DNA of 64,000 nucleotides, taken from contig JAGBGO010000064.1 in assembly GCA_017935905.1 (NCBI GenBank), positions 28,596 through 92,595 on the forward strand, read 5' to 3'. Both the position numbers and the translations under genes were made by a program. Positions 48,307 through 58,600 of this stretch are shown here, one piece after another (positions within the stretch are counted from its first letter, which is position 1; every line of letters starts with the position of its first letter). Below the pieces are notes generated by a model. That model searched no databases. It was not told the DNA's origin and saw only the letters and a list, made by a program, of their open reading frames with translations. This DNA comes from Clostridia bacterium (GTDB lineage Bacteria > Bacillota > Clostridia > UBA1212 > UBA1255).

Positions 48307-49023
48307 ACGCCTTATGGCTTTCTCCAATTCATCAATGGATTGGTAGCGCTGGGATGCTTGAATGCGGAGACATTTTGAAATGATTTTACCGGCACGCCCC
48401 GGTGCGATGTACTCTGTGGGATGGCGACCTGTGAGCATTTCGTTCATCAGTACGCCGATTGCGTAAATATCCGTAGAGGGCAGGGATTGACTCAGCCCAA
48501 ATTGTTCCGGCGCCGCGTAGCCGATCGATCCTAATGCTATGGTGTCGCCTTCCATATCAGGACGGGAAATGCGCGCGATATTAAAATCGATGAGTTTCAG
48601 TACGCCGTCGCAAATCATCATATTAGAGGGTTTGATATCCCGATGAATAATATTTTTTTCATGCAGAAAACGGACTGCGTTTAAGAGCATTTTACAAAAG
48701 TCCAGTACTTCCTTCTTGGAAAGCGTTCTATCCTTCATATATTGTGCGAGGGTTTCTCCCTCTAAAAATTCCTCAAAAATCATCCCTTTCTCCGGTCCGG
48801 AATACACGCCGTAAATTTTGGGCAGATTGGGATTGTTGTGATTTTGAAGCGCTTGGTACACTTCGTCATTGGCGTTGGTGGACTCAATAACAAGGAGATT
48901 GTTGCCTGTGGCAGTGTGCCGGTAGCGCACCAAAGTAGCCCCGTTGCTTTTTCGAATCAAAACGGGGTCGACATAATATTGTTCTAACATTCTTTGGGCA
49001 AAATCCAACTCGTTCATCATCAC
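48292..49023 (-). CDS. Soluble Ser/Thr protein kinase (kinase domain only, no TM)
   Basis: Hanks motifs HRDIKPSNMM, DFN (DFG variant) and GSIGYAAPEQ. 243 aa. Overlaps the upstream HTH gene by 4 nt. Confidence 0.75.
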   Translation of the reverse strand: MMMNELDFAQRMLEQYYVDPVLIRKSNGATLVRYRHTATGNNLLVIESTNANDEVYQALQNHNNPNLPKIYGVYSGPEKGMIFEEFLEGETLAQYMKDRTLSKKEVLDFCKMLLNAVRFLHEKNIIHRDIKPSNMMICDGVLKLIDFNIARISRPDMEGDTIALGSIGYAAPEQFGLSQSLPSTDIYAIGVLMNEMLTGRHPTEYIAPGRAGKIISKCLRIQASQRYQSIDELEKAIRRLHYR

Positions 49024-49436
49024 TTCAGCGGTTCTTCTCCATTCTTCTGTAATTCTTCCTGGATGCGGGAGAGGGTAAAATGGTTATTGATGCCATAAAT
49101 TAAGCATCCGTCCCGGCGTACTCTGGGGTAGAGAATGGCGTGACCAAACAAGCGAAGCGCCAGCTGGCAGTCTGTGAATGGCGCTTCTAATGCAATTAAA
49201 ATGCGCAGTAATTTGTCGCGGGAAGGCACTTTGGTGCCGGCAACAACTTGATGGAAATACACCGTATCAAAATCGCTGTTTCGGATGATGGTTGCTTTCT
49301 TTAATCCGGAACGGTCAATTAAGTCCGCTAAGAAGGCATGCGGTTTCATTTGCACAAGATCTTCTTGGTGTTCCTTCCAAAAGGTTTCAATGTCAGTTTG
49401 TTTCAATGCGTTCAGCAATTCTTCTGTGGTCTTCAT
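49020..49436 (-). CDS. XRE-like helix-turn-helix domain protein
   Basis: SGLKKATIIRNSDFDTVYFHQVVAGTKVPSRDKLLRILIAL fits the HTH_XRE pattern (…PSxxxLLxIAxAL). 138 aa. Confidence 0.5.
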   Translation of the reverse strand: MKTTEELLNALKQTDIETFWKEHQEDLVQMKPHAFLADLIDRSGLKKATIIRNSDFDTVYFHQVVAGTKVPSRDKLLRILIALEAPFTDCQLALRLFGHAILYPRVRRDGCLIYGINNHFTLSRIQEELQKNGEEPLK

Positions 49437-49447
49437 TTTCTTTGCTC

Positions 49448-50905
49448 CTATTGTTTTAGTATATATGGAATATCGTTGTCTATTGCATAGGTATGGGCGT
49501 AGCTATCTTCCGTAACAGTGAGCGAAAGGTTTGGACAATCTCTGAATGCTCCGTTTTGTATCGTTGTTAAAGTGTTGTACGTGATCAATGTTGTAAGCCC
49601 TGTGCAGTGATCAAATGCATAACTGTTTATATAGGATGTTTGCGGCGCTAACGTAACCGTTTGAAGATACGGGTTTTTGCAGAAAGCATTTGAGTAAACA
49701 TTATCGGTTGTGTTGGGAAGTGTATAAGAAAGATCCTTCTTACCGCCGGGATATACCCATAAAGTGGAATTGCTATTCCACGTATTTTTTTTGAAAAGAA
49801 CACCATCCTGACTCCAATACACCGGATTTCCACCGGCTACTTGTATTTGCTCCAATTTTGGCATGTAGGCACAAAACATATTTGGGAGTGTAGTTACAGT
49901 TGCAGGAATCGACAAAGCGGTGATTGCAGTGTTGTCAAATGCACTGCTTAAAATTGTTGTTAAAGAAGTGGGCAGATTGACCGACTGTAATTTACCGCAG
50001 TTTGTAAAGCAAGATGCAGGGATCGTCTTAATTTCATTAGACAATCGAACTGACTGCAAATTATCGCATTGGGAGAATGCTTCTGTTCCCAAAGTGGTGA
50101 CAGAGTCTCCCATCGAAACAATCTTTAAATCAGAACAGTTAGAAAATGCGTAGTCACCTATTATTTGAATGGAATCCGGAACGTATACTTCCTGAATGAC
50201 GTCGTTGTTGTAGAATGCTTTGGTTGCTATTTCGCAGACCTGTACGCCATTTAGCTTTGCCGGAATGGATACGGTTTTGGCGGCGCCGGAATAATTGGTG
50301 ATGACCGCTTTGTTGTTGGAAATCCTGTATGTGTATAAAGTTTCATTTTGGTCCGGCGTTTTTGTAGGAATGGCGGTTTGTGTAGGCGCTGTCGTCTGCG
50401 TGGGTACTACCGTTTGTGTAGGCGTTGTCGTCTGCGTGGGTACTACCGTTTGTGTAGGCGTTGTCGTCTGCGTGGGTACTATCGTTTGTGTAGGCGTGGC
50501 CGCTGCTGTAGGAAAAGCTGTTCCTGTAGCTGCAATGGTTGCAGTGGGTGCCTTCGTCACAGGCCCTGCAGTAGGCGCAACCGTGGTGGAAATAACCGTT
50601 GTTGGAATGCTGCTCGGCACGTCATCCGTCTCAACCGGCGCGGACGATTCGACAAGTGTAAACGTTTCGGTGGGTAAAGCGGAAAGAATTACTTTATTGC
50701 GATTTTTTGAGGGTAGGAATATGCTTGCCAGAAGTACAATGATCAGTAAAATGGCTGTAGGAACAAGGATCTTATACCATCTCCACTCAACCGTAGAATT
50801 GGAAGGGGCAACGCCCACAACGTCCAGTTGCTTGAAACACGCTGGACAAAACGTAGATGAAATTGGTAATTCTTCTCCGCACGATGGGCAGTGCTTGGTT
50901 TCCAT
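49448..50905 (-). CDS. Membrane-anchored surface protein with an N-terminal zinc ribbon, a single TM, a Thr/Pro-rich 12-aa tandem repeat linker and a C-terminal BspA-type leucine-rich repeat domain
   Basis: The N-terminus has CPSCGEEL...CPAC, followed by the TM segment ILVPTAILLIIVLLASIFL. The (TQTTTPTQTVVP)n repeat is followed by LRR units with the Cys-containing consensus (…AFSNCSDLKIVSMGDSVTTLG…). Confidence 0.7.
   Translation of the reverse strand: METKHCPSCGEELPISSTFCPACFKQLDVVGVAPSNSTVEWRWYKILVPTAILLIIVLLASIFLPSKNRNKVILSALPTETFTLVESSAPVETDDVPSSIPTTVISTTVAPTAGPVTKAPTATIAATGTAFPTAAATPTQTIVPTQTTTPTQTVVPTQTTTPTQTVVPTQTTAPTQTAIPTKTPDQNETLYTYRISNNKAVITNYSGAAKTVSIPAKLNGVQVCEIATKAFYNNDVIQEVYVPDSIQIIGDYAFSNCSDLKIVSMGDSVTTLGTEAFSQCDNLQSVRLSNEIKTIPASCFTNCGKLQSVNLPTSLTTILSSAFDNTAITALSIPATVTTLPNMFCAYMPKLEQIQVAGGNPVYWSQDGVLFKKNTWNSNSTLWVYPGGKKDLSYTLPNTTDNVYSNAFCKNPYLQTVTLAPQTSYINSYAFDHCTGLTTLITYNTLTTIQNGAFRDCPNLSLTVTEDSYAHTYAIDNDIPYILKQ
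50366..50505. repeat. ~3.5 tandem copies of a 36-bp repeat encoding the TQTTTPTQTVVP linker (inside the CDS at 49448..50905)
   Basis: Near-identical 36-mers (ggtactaccgtttgtgtaggcgttgtcgtctgcgtg) seen in sequence. Confidence 0.8.
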
Positions 50906-50994
50906 GATCCGCTCCTAAAAAATACTACAACCAACAAGGTATTTTACGCAAGAACAGAAGGCTTTGTCAATAGTATGCCGCTGGCATATTTCCT

Positions 50995-51022
50995 TTGAAA
51001 TTTTACTGTGCTACGATACAAT
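50995..51022 (+). promoter_or_regulatory. Sigma-A-type promoter (TTGAAA, 16-nt spacer, TACAAT) followed by a small hairpin gctctg...cagagc
   Basis: Seen in sequence upstream of the 174-aa membrane protein gene at the start of the AT-rich island. Confidence 0.4.
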
Positions 51023-51096
51023 CAAACTATCAAGGGGGCTCTGTATATCCAATCGTGCAGAGCTTGCTTCACTGTTTATAGGAGAGGAATAGCTGA

Positions 51097-51621
51097 ATGA
51101 CCAAGAAAAAAGCGATTGTTATCAGTATTTGTATCGCAGTGCTGCTTTCTACGATAATTGTTCTTATTTTTGTATGCGCACCGTCAAATTCCGGCGAAAA
51201 AGAAGCGATTCGATCGCTTCGGCAAACGCTTCAAATGCCATCTACTCTGGTAGAGGGTGAAGAAACACCTTTGGTAATTACGTATATAGAAAAACGTAGC
51301 AATTATAAATTTGTTTCCTTTAAGAAAAATAAGGACGGAACTGCAACGGCAAAAGTTCGGGTAACCGCACCGAATCTTTATGAAGCCGTTAAAATTGTTG
51401 AAGAAAATACAGATACGTTCAGTGAAACAGAAATACAAAACCGGTTAGTTGAAGCGATGCAACAGCTCCCAGCGATTCAAAAAACGGTAACGCTGGTTTT
51501 TGTGAAAGAGCAAGGGGTGCTTCAACCTGAACTTACGTCTGAATTTTTAGATGTTTATTACGGCGGAATTATACGTTTAAGAGAAGAATTACTCAACAAA
51601 CAGGAGACGGTGACGCACTAA
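51097..51621 (+). CDS. Membrane-anchored hypothetical protein (174 aa)
   Basis: SD aggagagg, an N-terminal TM/signal anchor, and lower GC than the flanking sequence. Confidence 0.5.
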   Translation: MTKKKAIVISICIAVLLSTIIVLIFVCAPSNSGEKEAIRSLRQTLQMPSTLVEGEETPLVITYIEKRSNYKFVSFKKNKDGTATAKVRVTAPNLYEAVKIVEENTDTFSETEIQNRLVEAMQQLPAIQKTVTLVFVKEQGVLQPELTSEFLDVYYGGIIRLREELLNKQETVTH

Positions 51622-51622
51622 T

Positions 51623-54532
51623 ATGAAAAAACGTTTTCTTTCTTTATTCCTATTTTTTATTATTCTTTTGCAAGTATGTCCTTTTGCTTTTGCAAAGGAA
51701 AGTGACGTCAGCGAACACAAAATTTGTGTAAATTGCGATGGGATTTTTATGGATATGACTGTCCTGAAAGGCGATACACAAGAGTATTACGCACCGATTA
51801 CGTGGCTTTCCTATTTTGGTCTTATGCAGTACGTTGAACAAAATGGATTTTATAAGTTTTATTATCCCGGACAAGAAAAAAACGACGATTTTGCAAAACG
51901 TATATGGATCGATAAAGAAGGAAACGGTTTTGACGTTCGTTACTATCGAGACACATATTCGTGGTTTGATGAGGCCAGTTCGTACTATGAATGGGCTAAG
52001 CGCTCTGCTAAAGCCCTTTCGGAACAGTCTATGACGCAACTTCAAAAAGAATGGCATATTACACAAAACAGTATAGAAGAAAATAAATCCGATTATAAAA
52101 ACTCTTTCTCTGTGCTTTCCGGTAATTTTAGCAAGTCTTTTCAATATAAAGACATGCTATATTTGCCTTTATCTGAGTTGTTACCTTTGATGAACGCACA
52201 AATTGCCATCAGTGATGACGGGGTGCTTTGTATATTGCCAAATTACATATCTCTTTCTCAAGCTCTGTACGGAACGGAATTTGGAGATTTGATTTTTGAT
52301 GCGGATTCGGACATGGCAGCCAGTGAAGTAGTCAGTGTTGGCGGATGGATTTCAGATACATTGTTTAACTTTAGAATTGATCGTTTAGACGTAATTTGGA
52401 ATACGGGACGCATTCAGGACTACGAAGAAGTGTTCAAATCTCTTCTTGTGGAGAATAAAGCATATTTGTCCCGCTATGATGATTGGCAAACGCCACATGA
52501 TCGAATGCGAGAGCAATCAGCAGTATCGTTTGAACAACATGAAACTTATATGGATAAGTTGGAATTTACCCAGGGTCGATTTGAAAATTTAGGTATGATT
52601 GCAACCTCGCTTTCAAATGGTAACTCACTTTACGAAGGCATCGGCAATCTTTTTACCGGAGCGGCTTATGTTTTTGAGGGTGCCGGTAAAATATTAGATT
52701 ATCATGCATCGTATGTAAATCAGGTCGAAGACCATCGCATTATGTTAAGTTCTGTTTATGACTATAATGCTGAGTCGAATCCGCCATCCCGTCAAGCTGC
52801 TAAGAATATACAAGCTTTATACGGTCGGGATTTTTCGGACAAATCATTAAAATTACTTGAAGAAGGATTGTACGATTTTATTTCAGATCAATTGATGGAT
52901 AAAGCATTAGAGGGTTTGGTTGAACCGTATGCGATGACCGTGAATATCCTAAAAACATTTCTTTCTGAAGATTTTGAAGTCGTTCATAACTCTTCGTTGC
53001 TTTATGTAATGGATGCAACCACAGAAAAGGCTTTTGACGTGTATCTTTCCAGAAAGTACAGCGATTTGTATGATCAAAAATCCTTAAACGACTTACGCCT
53101 GTCTGCCATTATGGCGTTATTAAGTTCAAGATATGCATATTCAAAATTATGGAGCGAAGACTATGAGAAGATTCCGGAAATTGATGCGCTGTTACAAAAA
53201 TTGTATTTAGCCGCTGATGGTGTGGCTTGCGATTCTTCGGACTACTATAAACCTAAAATGTATGAGTTGAAAAAGAACGTTGGGAAATTGCAGTGCGTTT
53301 TACACCTTACGGGGGATCGCCCCGGTCGTACGCGCTACTGTAGTGCGCTTGAGGCTCAGTATTACGCGGATGAGAAAAATGGATATAGTATCCAGCAAAA
53401 GGGGAAAAAGTTCTTTTGCGTAGATAGTCAGGGTTATAAAACTTTTGACTTTGATTCCGGTGAGAAACAAGTTACTTATGTATATAACGGTGTCCTCTGG
53501 ACGAAGAAAGATGACGTATACACGTTGCGCAATGCATACAACGGAGAAATTGTTTTCAATACGGCAGAAAATCCCAATGTGCATGTCTTAGTCCCTCAAT
53601 ATGCGAATGATCCTTTGTTCAGGGACGGATACGTTTTTGCGTATTCGAAGGAAGAATCCTATGATGGCGTCGTGTATAAAATTGGGTATATGAGCACCCA
53701 AGGTGAATGGATTTCGGAGTTGTCTGAAATGCATCCGATTCTTGCAACCATACGTGATGCGGCTACAGTAAAGTACTTCAAAGAATCTCTTTCCTATAAG
53801 GGAGATGGCATTGTTTCTTTCTCTGTTGAGGGTATCTATTATTTATACAATATTTTAACCAATACTGTGCATGAAATTAAAGCTACCGGCGAGGTTTCTA
53901 ATTCGGACATTGACGATATTCTATCCTGTACGGTGGAGTTTAGAGATGGTGTTGCAGTGGGCAGCTACGGTCTGGGTTGGTGGATCAGCAGTTGGGCAAA
54001 ATATTATAAACTTTATGCGGATGGAACGATTGACAGTATTCCCCTTGATTATAGTGGGAAGTTAAATGAAAAAATAGGCAATCTCTATTTCGATTTTGCC
54101 GCCAATAAAGTGGTTTCACTTGGCTACACATATCATCAGGATGGCTTTTCTGTATTTGATTCTAAGGGCGAAATCTTGTCGACCTATGAAAATTTAGAAC
54201 CGGCAAAAGTTCAGGGATTTTATCACAATGGGCTGGCACAACTCGTTGTAGAGAATAAAGAAGGTACGGGATATTATACCGTGCTCAATGCCTCTGGCGA
54301 ACTATTGTTTGAGCCAATGCTGATTGATGCACAAGAAATATTTGATGTACGGGGAAACCGTATAGCTACATGGGGGTATGGCGAGCCGGGCCGATATATC
54401 GTTGTGGATGATGCGGGGGAAATTGTATTCGAAGTGGAAAACGCGAAATCCTTTGATATTAACAATGGAATTATCCAATATAAGCTGTCTGAAAAGGATT
54501 TATACATATATCACAAATTGGAAAATAATTAA
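51623..54532 (+). CDS. Large secreted hypothetical protein (969 aa)
   Basis: Signal peptide MKKRFLSLFLFFIILLQVCPFAFA. Long uninterrupted ORF in AT-rich DNA, with no recognisable domain. Confidence 0.6.
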   Translation: MKKRFLSLFLFFIILLQVCPFAFAKESDVSEHKICVNCDGIFMDMTVLKGDTQEYYAPITWLSYFGLMQYVEQNGFYKFYYPGQEKNDDFAKRIWIDKEGNGFDVRYYRDTYSWFDEASSYYEWAKRSAKALSEQSMTQLQKEWHITQNSIEENKSDYKNSFSVLSGNFSKSFQYKDMLYLPLSELLPLMNAQIAISDDGVLCILPNYISLSQALYGTEFGDLIFDADSDMAASEVVSVGGWISDTLFNFRIDRLDVIWNTGRIQDYEEVFKSLLVENKAYLSRYDDWQTPHDRMREQSAVSFEQHETYMDKLEFTQGRFENLGMIATSLSNGNSLYEGIGNLFTGAAYVFEGAGKILDYHASYVNQVEDHRIMLSSVYDYNAESNPPSRQAAKNIQALYGRDFSDKSLKLLEEGLYDFISDQLMDKALEGLVEPYAMTVNILKTFLSEDFEVVHNSSLLYVMDATTEKAFDVYLSRKYSDLYDQKSLNDLRLSAIMALLSSRYAYSKLWSEDYEKIPEIDALLQKLYLAADGVACDSSDYYKPKMYELKKNVGKLQCVLHLTGDRPGRTRYCSALEAQYYADEKNGYSIQQKGKKFFCVDSQGYKTFDFDSGEKQVTYVYNGVLWTKKDDVYTLRNAYNGEIVFNTAENPNVHVLVPQYANDPLFRDGYVFAYSKEESYDGVVYKIGYMSTQGEWISELSEMHPILATIRDAATVKYFKESLSYKGDGIVSFSVEGIYYLYNILTNTVHEIKATGEVSNSDIDDILSCTVEFRDGVAVGSYGLGWWISSWAKYYKLYADGTIDSIPLDYSGKLNEKIGNLYFDFAANKVVSLGYTYHQDGFSVFDSKGEILSTYENLEPAKVQGFYHNGLAQLVVENKEGTGYYTVLNASGELLFEPMLIDAQEIFDVRGNRIATWGYGEPGRYIVVDDAGEIVFEVENAKSFDINNGIIQYKLSEKDLYIYHKLENN

Positions 54533-54541
54533 GGAGTGTGC

Positions 54542-55612
54542 ATGATGAAAAAATTATTCGTTGTAATTCTAACCCTTTGTTTGGTGTTTGGTGTTTTTGC
54601 GTGCGGAGAAGGTACTCCGAATATGGAACTCACCGCAAAAGAAGGTGAACCGGCAAACGGTTTTTTATGGGAAAATAATTATAGTGAAATTACGATTACC
54701 GGATATGTAGGAAGTTCAAATGATATTGTTATCCCCTCTAAAATCAACGGTAAACCGGTTACGCAAATTAAAAAAGACGCTTTTGATGGCTTTGCGGCGA
54801 TGAAGAGCTTGGTTATACCGGGAAGTGTGAAGATCATAGACAATGCTTTTAGTGATTGTACCGGTCTTAAAAATATTACGTTAAGCGATGGTCTGGAAAG
54901 TATGGAAAGCGCTTTTGGTGGTTGTACAGCCTTGGAAACTATTGTAGTTCCTAAAACTGTAAAAAAGATGCGCTATGCTTTCTCCGGCTGCACAAATTTA
55001 AAGACAGTAAATGTACCGGAAGGAATCACGGAACTTACAAATACTTTTAAGAACTGTGCGTCCATCGAAACATTGGTTTTGCCGGACAGTTACGTACGTT
55101 CTTTTGATGTATCCGGAATGAAGAATCTTAAAAAACTTACAATGTCGGAAAAAGGCTTACAGGCAGCACTTAAAGAGATACACACGGCTACGTGGGCAGT
55201 CGAAACAGATACAAGTTTACCGGAGTATCAAGATTTGTTGGCGCAAAAAAATCATCTGAAATTCAACAGCGAAGAACAGCGTGTAACTCTTTTTGACCAA
55301 AACATTGGAGATTACACTTACTTCTTTGCGGGTGAAGAAACTGTTGATGATGGCATTCACAGTGTTTATGGGGAAAAAATTACAGAAGGCATAAAGACTT
55401 ACCAAAACATTTATTTTTCCGCTTATCGCTGCGATGACTGGAGTTTTGATACAAATGATTGGTGTGTAATCAAAGAATGTCATACGTACGAAACTGTTTA
55501 TACTTTATTTGCTTCTTCTTATAACGAGGATATGCCAGACACAATAGAAGTGAACGGACAGACGTATTCTGTCGCGAATGGTGTTATGAATTGGTACGAA
55601 CGTCCGTATTGA
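54542..55612 (+). CDS. BspA-type leucine-rich repeat lipoprotein
   Basis: SD aaggag. Lipobox LVFGVFAC. Repeated ~23-aa LRR units with conserved Cys (AFSDCTGLKNITLSDGLESMESAFGGCTALETIVVP...). Confidence 0.65.
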   Translation: MMKKLFVVILTLCLVFGVFACGEGTPNMELTAKEGEPANGFLWENNYSEITITGYVGSSNDIVIPSKINGKPVTQIKKDAFDGFAAMKSLVIPGSVKIIDNAFSDCTGLKNITLSDGLESMESAFGGCTALETIVVPKTVKKMRYAFSGCTNLKTVNVPEGITELTNTFKNCASIETLVLPDSYVRSFDVSGMKNLKKLTMSEKGLQAALKEIHTATWAVETDTSLPEYQDLLAQKNHLKFNSEEQRVTLFDQNIGDYTYFFAGEETVDDGIHSVYGEKITEGIKTYQNIYFSAYRCDDWSFDTNDWCVIKECHTYETVYTLFASSYNEDMPDTIEVNGQTYSVANGVMNWYERPY

Positions 55613-55689
55613 TCAGTATGCTCAAAGTAAATTGGAATTTATGATTGAAGTGTTACAATAGGTATATGACTATTTAAGGAGTAGACATC

Positions 55690-58600
55690 ATGAGAAAAAC
55701 AAAATTATTATCATTCGTTCTTGTTGTTATGCTTGTTCTAGCGTATTGTGCGCCGATTACGTCTGTTTTTGAACAGAGAAATACAGTGCAAAAACCGTAT
55801 GCGGTTGATATGGATGATCCTTTTTATGCGAATCATGTAAGTAATTCGGTTACGCCGGAATCTAGTAGTCAAGATCAAATGCAGTTGACGCCCGTGGATG
55901 GCTTGTCTCCGGAAATGGCGGAACAATACGAAGCTGACGGCAGTATTGCTGAACGCCAAACCTATATGACGTCAATCGAAACGGCAAATAAGCCATATTA
56001 CTCTGTTTTTAAAACTGATTATGCGGTGAATGTTTCTAATATTGCAAATATTATTCCTTCTACGAATCCGGCGAATATGCCGACGAAGGGAAACGCAAAT
56101 GTGCTGGTCTTTTTGGTTGAATTTCCGGATGCATTACATCCGGAAACTGATACTGTGGAGAAAGCAGACGATGTTTTCTTTGGAGAAGAAGATTCTTTGA
56201 AAAGTTTCTACTACAAATCTTCTTATCAGCAATTAACAATTGATGGTGACGTTCAAAACTGGTATATGGCTGCACATGAACGGGATTACTACGTGCAAAA
56301 TGGCATTGGTACATTGTATACAGAAGTGTTGGATGCTTTTGATGCTACACTCGATTATTCTGATTATGACGCGGACAATAACGGTTATATGGATGGTCTG
56401 TATTTACACTTTACCGGCGACAATAGTGGTTGGGGAAGTACGTGGTGGAGTTATGTAACCTATTTGTTTAATAAAACTTATGATGGCATTTCTGTTGGTT
56501 CCCGTGCTTGCTTATTACATACTTTGGACGTAAGTACAGTGCTTCACGAAAGCGGACATTTGTTAGGGCTTCCCGATTATTATAGTTACACAATTAAAGG
56601 CATTGCAGGCAACTACAATTGGGTTGGATCTGATGATGCCATGATTGCAGGCAAAGGTGACCACAATGCCGTTTCCAAAATGTTGCTTGGCTGGATTGAG
56701 CAAGTTAACGTATATACGAAAAATGGTTCTTACGAGCTGCAAAATTTTGCAGAAACCGGTGATGTTGCACTGGTTTACCCATTCGGCGAAAGTTCCGGCG
56801 ATAGCTTTATTGTACTTGAAAAGTCGGACGGTATGTTGGGTACGTCGGTGCTTAAAGCATTTCGCGTTAATGCCGCTACCCAGGAAACACTTTCAGGGGA
56901 ACCCTACTACATTCATTCTAATATGTATGGAGAAGTTCCGTTTGTAGAATTGATTGCGGAATTGAGTGCGGGTGATGCAATAACACCTTATGATGATCGT
57001 TCTTCTACCCACTACTATAATGAGAAAACGAACGACAATACATTTTCCGGCATAACGATTTCGGTTGACGATCATGGCTTGAAAAAAGATTCCGTTACTT
57101 TCGATTTGCTTATAGAAATGGTGCCGTCAGTTGTTGAACCGCCGATCGTTCATACCTCCGTCGGTATCAACCAGATTACGGCAACGATCGATTATTCTGT
57201 ACCGTTCTCAATCAATACAGATATTGTTCCATATTTAGTGGATGAAAATGGACAAAAAATTGCAAAAATGAGTGTTAAAGCTATTTATACAGAGAATGGC
57301 GGTTACTATTTGGAGAAGGCTTCTTGCGTATTGCGTGTGGCCAGCTACCAAGAGTGGGGTTTTGACGGTAAAAACGAAATTATCGTTGGCTCGGATCAGG
57401 ATTACTTGCTGCAACCCGGAAAGAAATATACGATTGCAATTCCGGAAGGTGCTTTTAGAACGGTTATGGGTGATATAGAAGCGTTTACAATTGATATTGT
57501 AGCAGATGATACAGCTGTGCAGGATTTCAACTATCAAAAAGTTACTACTTTTGATCGCTGTAGCGAGTATATTACACTTGCAGATGGTCGTGTGGCGTAT
57601 GCTTACGTAGATGGGAGTAGCACACGCTCGCTCAAATTGGCGATTTTGGATACGGATATGACACTTACGGAATACACGCTGGTTGAATCCGGTATGTTGG
57701 GATATGTGGGGATTTGCCAGTTGTCGGATGAATCTATTTGTGTTTCTGCGCAAAAGAGTAATGGAATAACAATGTTTTATAAGTTTTCTTTAGATACGTA
57801 TTCTGTTGAAAAATATATTTCCGCCAATGCTGATCTTGGAAGCTGGATGGTACACCGTGCAACTAAAGATGGTTTTTATTTTGTCCGTGATGATAATCGT
57901 TACAATCTTTATTATATTGATAATAATTTAGAAAGCATTACCAATGTTAAAGAAAAAATACCTACCAGTGACAGATTTTATGTGGTGGATGAAAATATTA
58001 TTTTGAATACACGTCTTGCTAACTCTACAACTGAGCTTTTTGAATTATATGACAAAGAAGGAACTCTTTTGGTGAAAAATGAAATACCAGTATTTTTTAA
58101 CGAAAAAAAGATACTTGATATTGACACTGATGGGAAAGATGTGTTTGTCGCATATTATGATATTGCATTAGAAAAATATGGTGTTCTGATACTCAACACC
58201 CAGCTGGAGAAAAAAGCATATTGCGTATTGAATTTTGCTGCGCAGCCTTGTCATCAAAGTGGGAAATTTGAATTTAAGTGTTTAGATGATGGTTACTATT
58301 TCAGCTATGCGTATATACGGCAATATAATCCCAAAGGTATCGTGGGTATGTTTAATACGGAAAATTATGAACAGGGAATACTAATGGATTCGATGTTTAA
58401 TGTTAAGAGTATTTTTGACGTTTCCTATACGGCTAGTGCTGCCGTTTTGGGAAAAACACAAAAACAATATGTTGTTGGCGATGAGTATGGTTATTATGTT
58501 GTAGATTGTGATTTGACGGCTACGCAAAATAGCGTTGTACTTGAATCGGATGTGTATGATATTGATAATAATAACTATACTATTACGAAAGTACCGGAAA

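Noticed and set aside
50295-50918. 207-aa plus-strand ORF rich in CVGVVVCVGTT repeats, and an overlapping 109-aa Arg/Cys-rich ORF
   Set aside because: Both are reverse-strand readings of the 36-bp tandem repeat inside the LRR protein gene. The periodicity is an artefact of the repeat.
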